Assembly: GCF_006345805.1 (NCBI RefSeq)
Contig: NC_043013.1
Span: 25,854,001 to 25,918,000 of the forward strand
Source: Octopus sinensis
Lineage: Eukaryota
Length of the DNA: 64,000 nucleotides
Direction: 5' to 3'
Under the pieces are notes generated by a model that was not told where the DNA came from, searched no databases, and saw only the letters and a list, made by a program, of their open reading frames with translations. This document shows, in pieces, positions 12,221-23,549 of the stretch (its first letter is position 1; every line of letters begins with the position of its first letter). The translations under genes and the position numbers were made by a program.

Positions 12221-12724
12221 TACTGGTTCTTATAATGCAAACAAAAGTATAGCAAGTTCGTTTCCTGGTGCTGCTACCGCTCGTACTATTTGTTTATTTG
12301 TTTGTTCAGATGGTGGTTGAGATTTGTAACAACTATGAAGCCAAACGGGGAAGACAATAAAAATCTAATGTTACTGAAAAGCCAGGGGAGGGGGTACAGT
12401 CATGACGAGCTCCAATAATGGTAAACCGAAAAGAAAACCACGCGCATTCTCTTCACCTGTCTGTCTGTCTGTCTCTCTCTTTCTCACCAATTCACCTTAC
12501 CATTAACCCCTCCCCATCCTCGCCGCTTTTCAGTTTCTCTTCTTCACGTGAACACATTGCGTTCACGAGATGAAGAGAGATCACGCGAACAAATTGTAAC
12601 TATTTCAGTTTCCTTCTTTCTATATTTACCTTCGAAGAGTTTTTACTGGCACAAATTTACATCGTTTTTAGCAACACTAGAAGCTTCCAAAATACGTAGA
12701 TGCTTACAATATGCTTGCAATAAT

Positions 12725-12743
12725 ATATGTGCATGTATATATA

Positions 12744-12823
<80 letters not shown>

Positions 12824-12839
12824 CATATATATATATCAA

Positions 12840-12888
<49 letters not shown>

Positions 12889-13013
12889 TACACATGTATT
12901 GTATATATATATACACACACATATATGTATGTATGTATGTATATTTACAAATATGTGCATGTGTACCAAGTATACTACCTTTCTCTCTATATATACGTGT
13001 GTACATGTGTGAG

Positions 13014-13048
<35 letters not shown>

Positions 13049-13110
13049 ATTTGTGTGTATATATGTAAATATATATATCTGTGAGAGCGCGCGCGCACAC
13101 ACACACACAC
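12725..13110. repeat. (TA)n/(TG)n compound microsatellite
   Basis: Directly visible; source of the YI-rich ORFs. Confidence 0.97.
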
Positions 13111-13290
13111 TCGCATTCCAGATACCCTTCTTCAAAAACCTAAGACAGCATTCACTGGTACGATATGGGGTTATATACAATACTTACCAAGCTTATCCTT
13201 CTAGGTGAGGAGTTTAGCAAATGTGAATAGATTTATGAATATGTTTAACCAGAGGTACAATTTGAAGTATTATTATTAAAGAGATTATAT

Positions 13291-13720
13291 TAAAGCGGCA
13301 AGCTGGCAGGACCGTTAACACGCCGGGCGAAATGCTTAGCGGTCTTTCGTCTGCCGCTATGTTCTGAGTTCAAATTCTGCCGAAGTCGACTTTGCCTGTT
13401 ATCCTTTCGGGGTCGATAAGTTAAGTTCCTTACACACACGGGTTGATGTAATCGACTTAATCCCTTCCTCCAAATTTGTGGCCTTTTGCTTCCAGTAGAA
13501 AGGATTATTAAAGAGATAATATTAAGGTGGCGAACTGACAGGATCATTAGCACGCAGGATGAAAGCCTTATGTTCTGAGTTCAAATTCCGCCGATGAACT
13601 TTGCTTAAATCCTTTTCGGGGCTGTAAAACAAGCACCAATTAAGCAGCGGTCTCAATGTTAACGCCTAACCCCCTTCTTCTAAAGTTTCAGGCCTTCCTC
13701 CTGTAGCAGGAAGGATTATT
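13291..13720 (+). mobile_element. Two adjacent Nin/Deu-domain-like SINEs
   Basis: Heads at 13291 and ~13523, both with GTTCTGAGTTCAAATTC and ...GAAAGGATTATTA tails. Confidence 0.8.
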
Positions 13721-14029
13721 AAAGGCACTATATATGCATCTAATTGGCACATTCTTTAATAACTGCTAGACTTTAATAGCAGCAGTACACCAAAATTAAC
13801 GAGTCCTTCTGTTTTTTTTTTTTCACCTTGTAATATTTACGGATTTATGTAGTGAACTAGAAACACTTCACAATAAAATGCGCAACGGCTACGGAAGACA
13901 TTTACATTTACAGATTTATCCGATCTTGTGAATTTGGAAACTTTTGCTGGATTATTGAATAGATGAATAGATTAAAATAAATCTATATAGTAGACTGGTG
14001 TATAAAGATCATAAAGTATATTCAGGGTA

Positions 14030-15790
14030 TTTAAGAGCTCAAATAATAACGCATCATGAACCTGCAAGTACGCTTTAGCGCGCACGATTTCGTTTGGCTA
14101 TGATAATCTTGGAAGACGCAAAAATGGCTTTGTTTTTACGACTGAAAATAACGATGTTTCGGCCGATCAGAGAGAAAAAAAAGCACAATATTTTGTGGCC
14201 GACAACTTTATGTCTTCCAGGGAACGAAAATGTTTTTCCCACGAGTGTTCCGGACTCCAGTTATTAACTCATTTGCATATAGCCAATCAGAGCTCAACTA
14301 TCAAACTAATCTATGAGAACATAACAAGCGATGGGAGATAAGATAAGGTCACTTGATGGTCCCTCTTTATAAGTCCTTTATGGGTATTTAAGAATAAAAG
14401 ACAAGGTCACATGGGTAAGGAATGACCATGTTTCTTTTCTCTTTTAAGAATGCTTGTTGTTCTTGTTCTTGTTTCAACCATGGCTGCCTCTGCGAAGTTA
14501 TTTGTGTTGTTTACTTTGTAAAACAGTGAGGGGAGAGGGTTGCTAGCGCATCACCCTCTACCCACATTTTTCCCATCCACGTCTTTACTATAAGGGGCCC
14601 TAACAAAATCCGATAATAGGCATAGATGCAAATCTATCTAATTACTTGTCTCCTTCTAAAATCAGGCATAACTTAGTAATCGGTCGACTTACAAAACCGT
14701 TCTTCGTCTTGAGTTTACTTGGTAGAGTGTATTTTGTGAAGAGATTGGTTGTTTCTAACACATTCACGAAAGTTATGTTGGTATTTGCATCTCGGCATAA
14801 TCTGAGAGCTGAACGGCACCTTTTCTTTCAACCCTTTCAAACAATCCTTCAACGGTCTGCCAGTACCGATGCGGTTCCTGCCACCACCAACCATCTTTCT
14901 CCTGGATGTTGCAGTTGGTTGCACACCAATTGTCTTCATACTGGCTAGAGATCTTCGTTTGTAAGAAAAAAAAATCCGCATTAGAGATTTTCGTTTTAAC
15001 TTGCCAAGAGCATGTTCCACCCCAGAGTACTGACCAAGGTAGTGAAGCGCAGAAGCTAACGCATTATCTGTTCCAGAAGTTAGTTTCGGAAGTTGCTTGG
15101 TGAATGTTTTCACTGGTCTCCAAAAGAATTATTTGTCTTGAACATAACTTTGTTGTAAAGCAAGAAAAGGTTTGTTTAGCTCATTCCTTATTGGGTCACT
15201 TCTATCTTCAGTACTTGATCTTGATGTGCAACCGCGTGTATCAAAATTTTGCCGTGTGTTAAATGAGTTTTGAAGAGAGCGTTACTAGTGTAAACTTTCT
15301 AGCCGTGGATTTGTCACATAATCGCGTTTACTATCTGAAATTGCCATATCCGCGCAGTCAGCTCCGTCATTTTCATTTTTTTGATCGTTCGACTCCATGC
15401 AGTCGTCGTCACGGTCAGCACAATCTCAGCGTATGTGTTCAATATCGATAATATTGGCATCTGAATGAGAGCACAATACAATATTCGCATAGCAATCAGA
15501 GGTCGCCATTTTGAATGCCAACCTTTGTTAACTTGGCAACAAGGTCAAGATGAGCTCTGATTGGCTGTGTGCAAATGAGTTCATTACTGGGGTCCAGTAA
15601 GAATTTCGCTTCCAGGGATAGGGTCAAAGAAAATCACACTGGATAAAGCGTGTTCGCAGATTCAAAGGGTTAAACTTAAATACATTATTACAATGCAGTT
15701 AAATTCTTGTGGAATAAATTAATTTAATTCTTGTTTATTATTTCGTAATAAGATAATTGTTTAAATAATAGTGTTTTTATTCTCTTAAAA
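14030..15790 (-). mobile_element. Long-TIR DNA transposon derivative, probably Mutator-like
   Basis: Inverted repeats 14252-14297 / 15549-15595 plus a diverged outer inverted match 14056-14130 / 15605-15670; decayed ORF remnant with QPTATSRRK..GRNRIGTGRP..HNFRECVRNNQ. Confidence 0.5.
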
Positions 15791-16162
15791 ACGCTGTAGT
15801 GCATAATTAAATTATGAATTATCTGTGAAGTATATGCTTTTCTGCCTTTTATTCTAAGTTAGAACAAATATTAAGTAGATTTAACTTTCTTTTTCTGCTT
15901 GTTTTATTTATTATTCCACTGGTGAGGTAAATATAAATTCAAATTAATTCATTCAATTTTAAAAGCTAACCTTCCTTTCTGTTGTGTTGTTGGCGACTGA
16001 TGTTTTGCTTACAACGTAGCTGCGGATGTTTGGAGCCATGTTGTACAAGCATTTGTATAAATGGGGAATGAGTTCTCTAACGTGGCTGTTCAGTTTGCGA
16101 ACGGTGGATGTAGAGTTTGTTGAGATCGGGAACTGTGAATTACAATCTCCCAACAGAGTAAG

Positions 16163-16248
16163 TTCTGGGGTCGATTTGTTCGACTAAAGGCGGTGCTCCA
16201 GCATGGCCGCAGTTAAATGATTCAAACAAATTATAGAGTAAAAGAGTA
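16163..16248 (+). mobile_element. SINE 3' fragment
   Basis: CTGGGGTCGATTTGTTCGACTAAAGGCGGTGCTCCAGCATGGCCGCAG...(AAGAGTA)n tail, as in the 41311 family. Confidence 0.8.
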
Positions 16249-16479
16249 ATGCTCCAGCTGCATACTCAGTCTTTCCAGCGAATCTCCTGACGAATTCCGT
16301 CATTAAAAGACGGCAGCTTTACAAACCATTTAGCCACCTCGCTGGAAGTATTAACCTTCTTTTGAGATTTCCTAACGGCCCGTTGTTTAATAAAGGGTTC
16401 AGTGGGGACGTTAACTGATTTATTAGTACTCCTTGCATGTTTGCACCTTTCTCCACCTTTTACTGACTTGATCTATAAG

Positions 16480-16600
16480 GGTCTTCGAAGGCCCTTCTGG
16501 ATTAGCGAGACTGTGTCCATTAATGGTTTTCTGAAACTTTTTTAAGTCAACACTTAGAAGGTGTGGGCTGGAAGGGACTTCCAGAAGGTCGACGTTCTAG
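16480..16600 (-). mobile_element. CR1/L2-group LINE C-terminal remnant
   Basis: Translation SFLPRTSTFWKSLPAHTF..DLKKFQKTINGHSL resembles the SFFPRT..LWNSLP terminus. Confidence 0.5.
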
Positions 16601-17075
16601 GAAGGAAGGATTAAGCTTCCTGACTGGGCTCAGGAGGGCTCAACACAACGAGTATGTGAGTGTGTGTGTGTGTGAGTTAGTTCCGTTTTGTTTTGTCCAT
16701 GAGACAAAAAATGAAAAAAGATGCAAAGCAACGTAGTATATCTGATTTGATTATAAATAATTTTCTATCTTTTTGAAAACGAAAAGATCATTTAAAATTT
16801 ATATTCCATTTGGCAAATATGAAAATCAATATTAACGCTGGTATTTCTGTCATTTTTCTCATTTCCTTTTGTATGAAAGTAAAAAAAAAAAAAAAACAGA
16901 AAATGCTAAGGGCAATAACTGCAACAGCAGCAGAAACTGCAACTGTAGCGACATCAACGAGACGCCGGCATGGGAGTCCGCTAGAAATAGAAAACACATT
17001 CACCTCGTCACACACCATGGTCTTAAAACAGGTGAGATATACGGCTACTTAGAGTAATGTAAAATTAGATGCACG

Positions 17076-17295
17076 AAGGCGGCGAGCAGGCAGAATTGTT
17101 AACACGCCGGACAAAATGCTTAGCGACCTTTCGTCCGTCTTTACATTCTGGGTTCAAATTCCGCTGAGGTCTACTTTACCTTTCATCGATAAAATGGATC
17201 GATAAAATTAGTACCAGTTGTGTACTGGGGTCGATGCAATCGACTTACTCCCTTCCTCAAAATTGCTGGACTTGTGCTAAAATTTGAAACCAATA
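17076..17295 (+). mobile_element. Nin/Deu-domain-like SINE
   Basis: AAGGCGGCGAGCAGGCAGAATTG head, ...AAATTTGAAACCAATATT tail. Confidence 0.85.
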
Positions 17296-17440
17296 TTTTG
17301 TGTGCGATGCTTAAAAAAAACATCGGCTTAGTCATGGTTGGAACGCTTGTATGCCTATTCAGTAAAGGGTGATAAGACCTGTAAATGAGAAACAACGACG
17401 TTAACAAAAAATCACAATAATAGCTTCTAATTGAGCCACA

Positions 17441-19759
17441 AGGCGAACAATTTGGGGCAATGGTTTAGTCAGGCGAACAATTTGGGGCAGGGGGTTTAGT
17501 CAGGCGAGCAATTTGGGGCAGGGGTGTAGTCAGGCGAGCAATTTGGGGCAGGGGTGTAGTCAGGCGAGCAATTTGGGGCAGGGGTTTAGTCAGACGAGCA
17601 ATTAGAGGCAGGGGGTTTAGTCAGGCGAGCAATTTGGGGCAGGGGATTTAGTCAGGCGAGCAATTTGGGGCAGGGGTGTAGTCAGGCGAGCAATTTGGGG
17701 CAGGGGTTTAGTCAGACGAGCAATTAGAGGCAGGGGGTTTAGTCAGGCGAGCAATTTGGGGCAGTGGTTTAGTCAGGCGAGCAATTTAGGGCAGGGGGTT
17801 TAGTCAGGCGAGCAATTTGGGGCAGGGGTGTAGTCAGGCGAGCAATTTGGGGCAGGGGTTTAGTCAGGCGAGCAATTTGGGGCAGGGGTGTACTCAGGCG
17901 AGCAATTTGGGGCAGGGGTGTAGTCAGGCGAGCAATTTGGGGCAGGGGTTTAGTCAGGCGAACAATTTGGGGCAGGAGTGTAGTCAGGCGAGCAATTTGG
18001 GGCAGGAGTGTAGTCAGGCGAGCAATTTGGGGCAGGGGTGTAGTCAGGCGAGCAATTTGGGGCAGGGGTGTAGTCAGGCGAGCAATTTGGGGCAGGAGTG
18101 TAGTCAGGCGAGCAATTTGGGGCAGGAGTGTAGTCAGGCGAGCAATTTGGGGCAGGAGTGTAGTCAGGCGAGCAATTTGGGGCAGGGGTGTAGTCAGGCG
18201 AGCAATTTGGGGCAGGAGTGTAGTCAGGCGAGCAATTTGGGGCAGGGGTGTAGTCAGGCGAGCAATTTGGGGCAGGACTTTAGTCAGGCGAGCAATTTGG
18301 GGCAGGGGTGTACTCAGGCGAGCAATTTGGGGCAGGGGTGTAGTCAGGCGAGCAATTTGGGGCAGGGGTTTAGTCAGGCGAACAATTTGGGGCAGTGGTT
18401 TAGTCAGGCGAGCAATTTGGGGCAGGGGTGTAGTCAGGTGAGCAATTTGGGGCAGGGGTTTAGTCAGGCGAGCAATTTGAGGCAGGAGGTTTAGTCAGGC
18501 GAGCAATTTGGTGCAGGAGTGTAGTCAGGCGAGCAATTTGGGGCAGGGGTGTAGTCAGGCGAGCAATTTGGGGCAGGGGTGTAGTCAGGCGAGCAATTTG
18601 GGGCAGGGGTGTAGTCAGGCGAGCAATTTGGGGCAGAGGTTTAGTCAGGCGAGCAATTTGGGGCAGGGGTTTAGTCAGGCGAGCAATTTAGGGCAGGGGT
18701 TTAGTCAGGCGAGCAATTTGGGGCAGGGCTTTAGTCAGGCGAGCAATTTGGGGAAGGGGTTAGTCAGGCGAGCAATTTAGGGCAGGGGTTTAGTCAGGCG
18801 AGCAATTTGAGGCAGGAGATTTAGTCAGGCGAGCAATTGGGGCAGGGGTTTAGTCAGGCGAGTAATTTGGGGCAGCGGTGTAGTCAGGCGAGCAATTTGG
18901 GGCAGGGGTTTAGTCAGGCGAGCAATTTGAGGCAGGGGGTTTAGTCAGGCGAGCGATTTGGGGCAGGGGTGTAGTCAGGCGAGCAATTTGGGGCAGGGGT
19001 TTAGTCAGGCGAGCGATTTGGGGCAGGGGTGTAGTCATGCGTGCAATTTGGGGCAGGGGTGTAGTCAGGCGAGCAATTTGGGGCAGGGGTGTAGTCAGGC
19101 GAGCAATTTGGGGCAGGGGTGTAGTCAGGCGAGCAATTTGGGGCAGGGGTGTAGTCAGGCGAGCAATTTGGGGCAGGGGTGTAGTCAGGCGAGCAATTTG
19201 GGGCAGGGGTTTAGTCAGGCGAGCAATTTGGGGCAGGGGTTTAGTCAGGCGAGCAATTTAGGGCAGGGGTTTAGTCAGGCGAGCAATTTGGGGCAGGAGT
19301 TTAGACAGGCGAGCAATTTGGGGCAGGGGTTTAGTCAGGCGAGCAATTTGGGGCAGGGGTTTAGTCAGGCGAGCAATTTGGGGCAGGGGTTTATACAGGC
19401 GAGCAATTTGGGGAAGGGGTTTAGTCAGGCGAGCAATTTGGGGCAGTGGTTTAGTCAGGCGAGCAATTTGGGGCAGGGGTGTAGTCAGGCGAGTAATTTG
19501 AGGCAGGGGTTTAGTCAGGCGAGCAATTTGGGGCAGGGGTTTAGTCAGGCGAGCAATTTGGGGCAGGGGTTTAGACAGGCGAGCAATTTGGGGATGGGGT
19601 TTAGTCAGGCGAGCAATTTGGGGCAGGGGTGTAGTCAGGCGAGCAATTGGGGCAGGGGTGTAGTCAGGCGAGCAATTTGGGGCAGGGGTTTAGTCAGGCG
19701 AGCAATTTGAGGCAGGGGGTTTAGTCAGGCGAGCAACCTGGGGCAGGGGTGTAGTCAGG
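17441..19759 (+). repeat. 30-bp G-rich minisatellite, ~77 units
   Basis: Unit AGGCGAGCAATTTGGGGCAGGGGT(G/T)TAGTC with variants; explains the GQGCSQASNL ORFs. Confidence 0.98.
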
Positions 19760-19944
19760 ACCATCAAATCCGGTTCTTGTTTTAATCGACCGCAGAAGAT
19801 GAATGTCATAGATCGCGAGTTCAAATTCTGCTAAGTTCAGTTTTGCTGTTGATGTGCTCGAAGGTCGGTGAAATAAAGTACAATTGAAATACGGAGTGTC
19901 GTTTTAATCGACCAACCTAATCAGCCCACACCATATCCAAATGC

Positions 19945-20145
19945 CGAGGCGCGTTGCTTAGTGGTTAGGGTGTTGGACTCATGATCGTACGACTGCGGTT
20001 TCGGTTCCCGGCCCAGGTAATGCGTTGGGTTCTTGAACAACACACTTCATTTCACGTTGCTCCAGTACACTCAGCAGACAAAAATGAGTCACCTTGCGTC
20101 GGACAGGCGTCCAATCGGGAATATATGCAGCACGTTAATTGGGAA
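19945..20145 (+). mobile_element. CORE-like tRNA SINE
   Basis: GGCGCGTTGCTTAGTGGTTAGG head, then CTTGAACAACACACTTCATTTCACGTTGCTCCAG core. Confidence 0.8.
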
Positions 20146-20746
20146 ACCTGCCCCTTTGATTCGAGAAGAATCTTTATCAGGCCTTGGGGCTAAATTAGAA
20201 ACAATTCTTATTAGCTCTATCTTGGAGGCTAAGTCTTCGGATTCGTTTGGACAATATTCCTCACAATAATATCAATCAACTTAGCTAAAGGATGATCAAA
20301 AGTTTATCCGCAGTAAGTGTTTTATTGCAAAATAAATATTTATAAAATGGTATAAGACTACAAAAGAATACATTAGACCTCAGAGGATGAAAAACTTCAC
20401 TGCGGAGAGACATTTTGCATGCCCTGTACATCTACAGGGTCCATTACACGACATGCTTGAAATAACAGCAAAATATCTTTTATATTATTGATAATATTTG
20501 GGCATTTTCTCTGAAAATGTTCATTTGTGCAGATTTATTCATAAGCATGGTTTGTGATTTGTGCGTCTGCATACATACACACACACACTATATAATATAA
20601 TATATATATATAATATAATATAATATAATATAATGTATATATATATATACACACACACACACTATATAATATAATATAATATATATATAATATAATATAA
20701 TATAATGTATATATATATATACACACACACACACATATATATATAT

Positions 20747-20834
<88 letters not shown>

Positions 20835-20991
20835 ATATATATTGGCCTGCTCGCTTAGCCAGCGGGGTGGCGTCATTCAAAGGCTAAAACAATGCGAACG
20901 CATTGTGACCAGCGATGTGTAACAACATCTGATGGTCTGGTCGGTCACGTGATCACGTGATATATATGTATATATATATATATATATGTAA

Positions 20992-21387
20992 CTAGCAGTA
21001 TCGCCCGGCGTTGCTCGGGTTTGTAAGGGAAATAACTATATATGCATTTTTAGAGATGTAAAGTATAATAGCCATCTCAATATGGCTAACCACAAAGGGG
21101 GGGGGTTACTGTAGCTTTTTACGTTCTGAGATTTACTAATAATTTTTTAGAGAGTTACTTCCCTTATATATGCCAAAAATGCATTAAAAATGGGAAAAAT
21201 TGATGGTAATTTTTTTTAAAAATCGTAGTCTCATCGTAGACGCGCGCTAATACCCAGAAGGGCTCGATATGAATCACGACTATAAGATTCCCGGTTTTGG
21301 TTAAACTGCACCGCAAAATGTGGAAGTAGTTAGGAATCTAAATCGTAGGAGACAGACAGCACACAACCTCACTTTTATATATAAAGA
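20992..21387 (-). mobile_element. Non-autonomous Helitron
   Basis: Minus strand A|TCTTTATATATAAAAG ... hairpin CCCGAGCAACGCCGGG ... CTAG|T; canonical Helitron termini at an AT site. Confidence 0.9.
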
Positions 21388-21639
21388 TTATATACATATA
21401 TATTTCTTTATATATATTTATATTATATATATATCACTTACACATACACACACATACACATATTTTTATATGGAATTAATGTCTCCACATTATCCATTTG
21501 TAATAACAAAATATGAAATCCTATCGGAATCTAGATACCATGGACAAGAAGCCTTTCTACCCATTCTACACAGCAATTTCCTTGGATGATGGAACTGCAA
21601 CTGTAACACCCTAAGCATATTCTTATTGTTATTCTCTTA

Positions 21640-21850
21640 TTTCCGTTTATACTTCCTATATCTATCCTTTTCCAAAATAACTCCTTATATTAAACTTTAC
21701 TATTTCCCTCTAACTCTCTCATATCGTCTCTGATGAAGGGATATTCCTAATATCTCAAAAACAGCTGTAAGGCTACCTTTCTCTGTATAAATGTCCTAAA
21801 AATTTCTCACTACTTTGGCTTTGTTGTCTCATTTTATTTAACATGTAATA
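21640..21850 (+). mobile_element. PLE-like terminal repeat fragment with HHR motif (21726-21773)
   Basis: GTCT-CTGATGA-AGGGATATTCCTAATATCTC-AAAAA-CAGCTGTA-AGGC; homologous to 47194-47600. Confidence 0.7.
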
Positions 21851-22001
21851 CATTAAGTTCAGAAATAAATTCGTGCACCGTGTTGAAATAATGCTTTTTT
21901 ATATTTCTTCGTGGTGTGTGTGTGTTCATTCAGTTCATTAATTTTACACGGCGCACGAACTTTTCCACAACCTAGTATTATATATATATATATAATATAT
22001 A

Positions 22002-22042
<41 letters not shown>

Positions 22043-22049
22043 ATCCAAA

Positions 22050-22248
22050 CACGAAAACACAAAAAAAAAACACAAACACGCGAGGACGTGGAACAAATAT
22101 AGTATTATTGGACGCTCAGGAAAGAAGGAAAGAAGGAGGGTTTAACGTTTCGAGCGGAGCTCTTCGTTGGAAACATAGGAGAAGGAAAGATCCAGAGAAG
22201 GGAAGACAGAGGAAAAAAATCGCCAACGGTACACACAAGGTCACATTT

Positions 22249-22250
<2 letters not shown>
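22050..22250 (-). mobile_element. PLE-like terminal repeat fragment with HHR motif (22140-22174)
   Basis: Minus strand GTTT-CCAACGA-AGAGCTCCGCTC-GAAAC-GTT-AAAC; homologous to 45495-45690; flanked by (TA)n. Confidence 0.65.
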
Positions 22251-22297
<47 letters not shown>

Positions 22298-22458
22298 CAT
22301 AACACAACCGAATGTTTAAATTCGAAATAAGATGTTACTATTGTTAATACCATCTATGGCAAATATTTTTAATTGATAATATTAACAGCAGTAACATGGG
22401 CGGTTCACAGGTTTAATAGCATTATAAGCTTTATAAAATATAAAACATAAAATTACTA

Positions 22459-22781
22459 CGATGCCTTAAGGATGCAGTGAGCATCCACCTGTTTAAAAAT
22501 GAGAGCTAAAGTCTCAATTCGACCACCATAACGCACCGCGAAGAAACGGACAAAGAATTAAAAACATACCTTTAAAGATTATACTGTTCAGATGCTCATA
22601 TACCAGATGGTCATATGAGCATCTGAACATCATGATCTTTATGGGTATGCTTTTTAAATTCTTTGTCCGTTTCCTCGTATACTGTTATTTTCTATGATTT
22701 TGGTGCCTTCTGGCGATTGAATTGAGACTTTTAGTTCTCATTTCTAATTAGGTTGATGCTCACTGCATCCTTAAACCTTCG
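22459..22781. mobile_element. Foldback MITE
   Basis: Arms TTAAGGATGCAGTGAGCATC.. / ..GATGCTCACTGCATCCTTAA; centre TGTTCAGATGCTCATAT-N11-ATATGAGCATCTGAACA. Confidence 0.85.
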
Positions 22782-22787
22782 TGCTCA

Positions 22788-22818
<31 letters not shown>

Positions 22819-22819
22819 A

Positions 22820-23022
22820 CGGGAAAGTTTACGAAAATAATCAAAAGACTAAGGCAGGTAGAGTACAAACAAACAAATGTATTAGTATAGCGCTCAGGAA
22901 TAGAAATAGGAAAAGTCTTTTACGTTTCGAGCCTACGCTCTTCGACAGAAAGATACACAGAAAAAAACAAGGAGAGAAACAATGAGAGAAAAAAAATGCG
23001 TGTCGGAGCTAACGATCTGTCA
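22820..23022 (-). mobile_element. PLE-like terminal repeat fragment with HHR motif (22916-22953)
   Basis: Minus strand TCTTT-CTGTCGA-AGAGCGTAGGCTC-GAAAC-GTA-AAAGA; flanked by (TA)n. Confidence 0.65.
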
Positions 23023-23181
23023 TATATGTATATATATTTATATATATAAGTATATGAAAGAATGGAGTTGAACGACTAGTTAACAAATATCCTTCAACCG
23101 TGTTCTTTCTGATGTGAATTTGCTACCCAGGTATCGGTTATCTTTCGAATTATCCTTAATAAGATAATTCATTCAATTACT

Positions 23182-23237
<56 letters not shown>

Positions 23238-23296
23238 GGTGTGTGTGTGTAAGTGTATGCATATACATATACAAATGTAGATCATATATATGGATA

Positions 23297-23549
23297 TAGA
23301 GGGACGGAGTGCAAAAGTAGGTATACAGTTATGAGAAAAGAAAACACGTACAATACTCGTTTATTTTTATCAAAAAAATTAAAAGTTACAATAAAAGTAT
23401 CATTATAATTATAAGTGTATTATTATGATTAATGACACTGAAAATATCAAAAATGAGGCTAATTTTTAATTTTTCTGATAAAAATAAATGAGTTTTGCAT
23501 GTATTTTCATTTTTTCATAACTGTACACCCACTTTTGCACCCCACTGTA
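23297..23549. mobile_element. Tc1/mariner-type MITE
   Basis: TIRs ..GTGCAAAAGTAGGTATACAGTTATGA / TCATAACTGTACACCCACTTTTGCACCCCACTG, TA-flanked. Confidence 0.75.

Noticed and set aside
14310-14525. Solo LTR (TATA-like and AATAAA, ends in CA)
   Set aside because: No clear TG start, TSD or second copy; lies within the MULE-like element.
15959-16153. L2-like remnant (LYKCLYNMAP)
   Set aside because: A single short motif; insufficient support.
17817-19710. 225- and 250-aa repeat proteins (GQGCSQASNL)n
   Set aside because: Open only because the 30-bp unit lacks a stop in that frame; broken by indel units; starts are TTG; no splice context.
17441-19759. CRISPR-like array
   Set aside because: Contiguous repeats without unique spacers, in a eukaryotic context.
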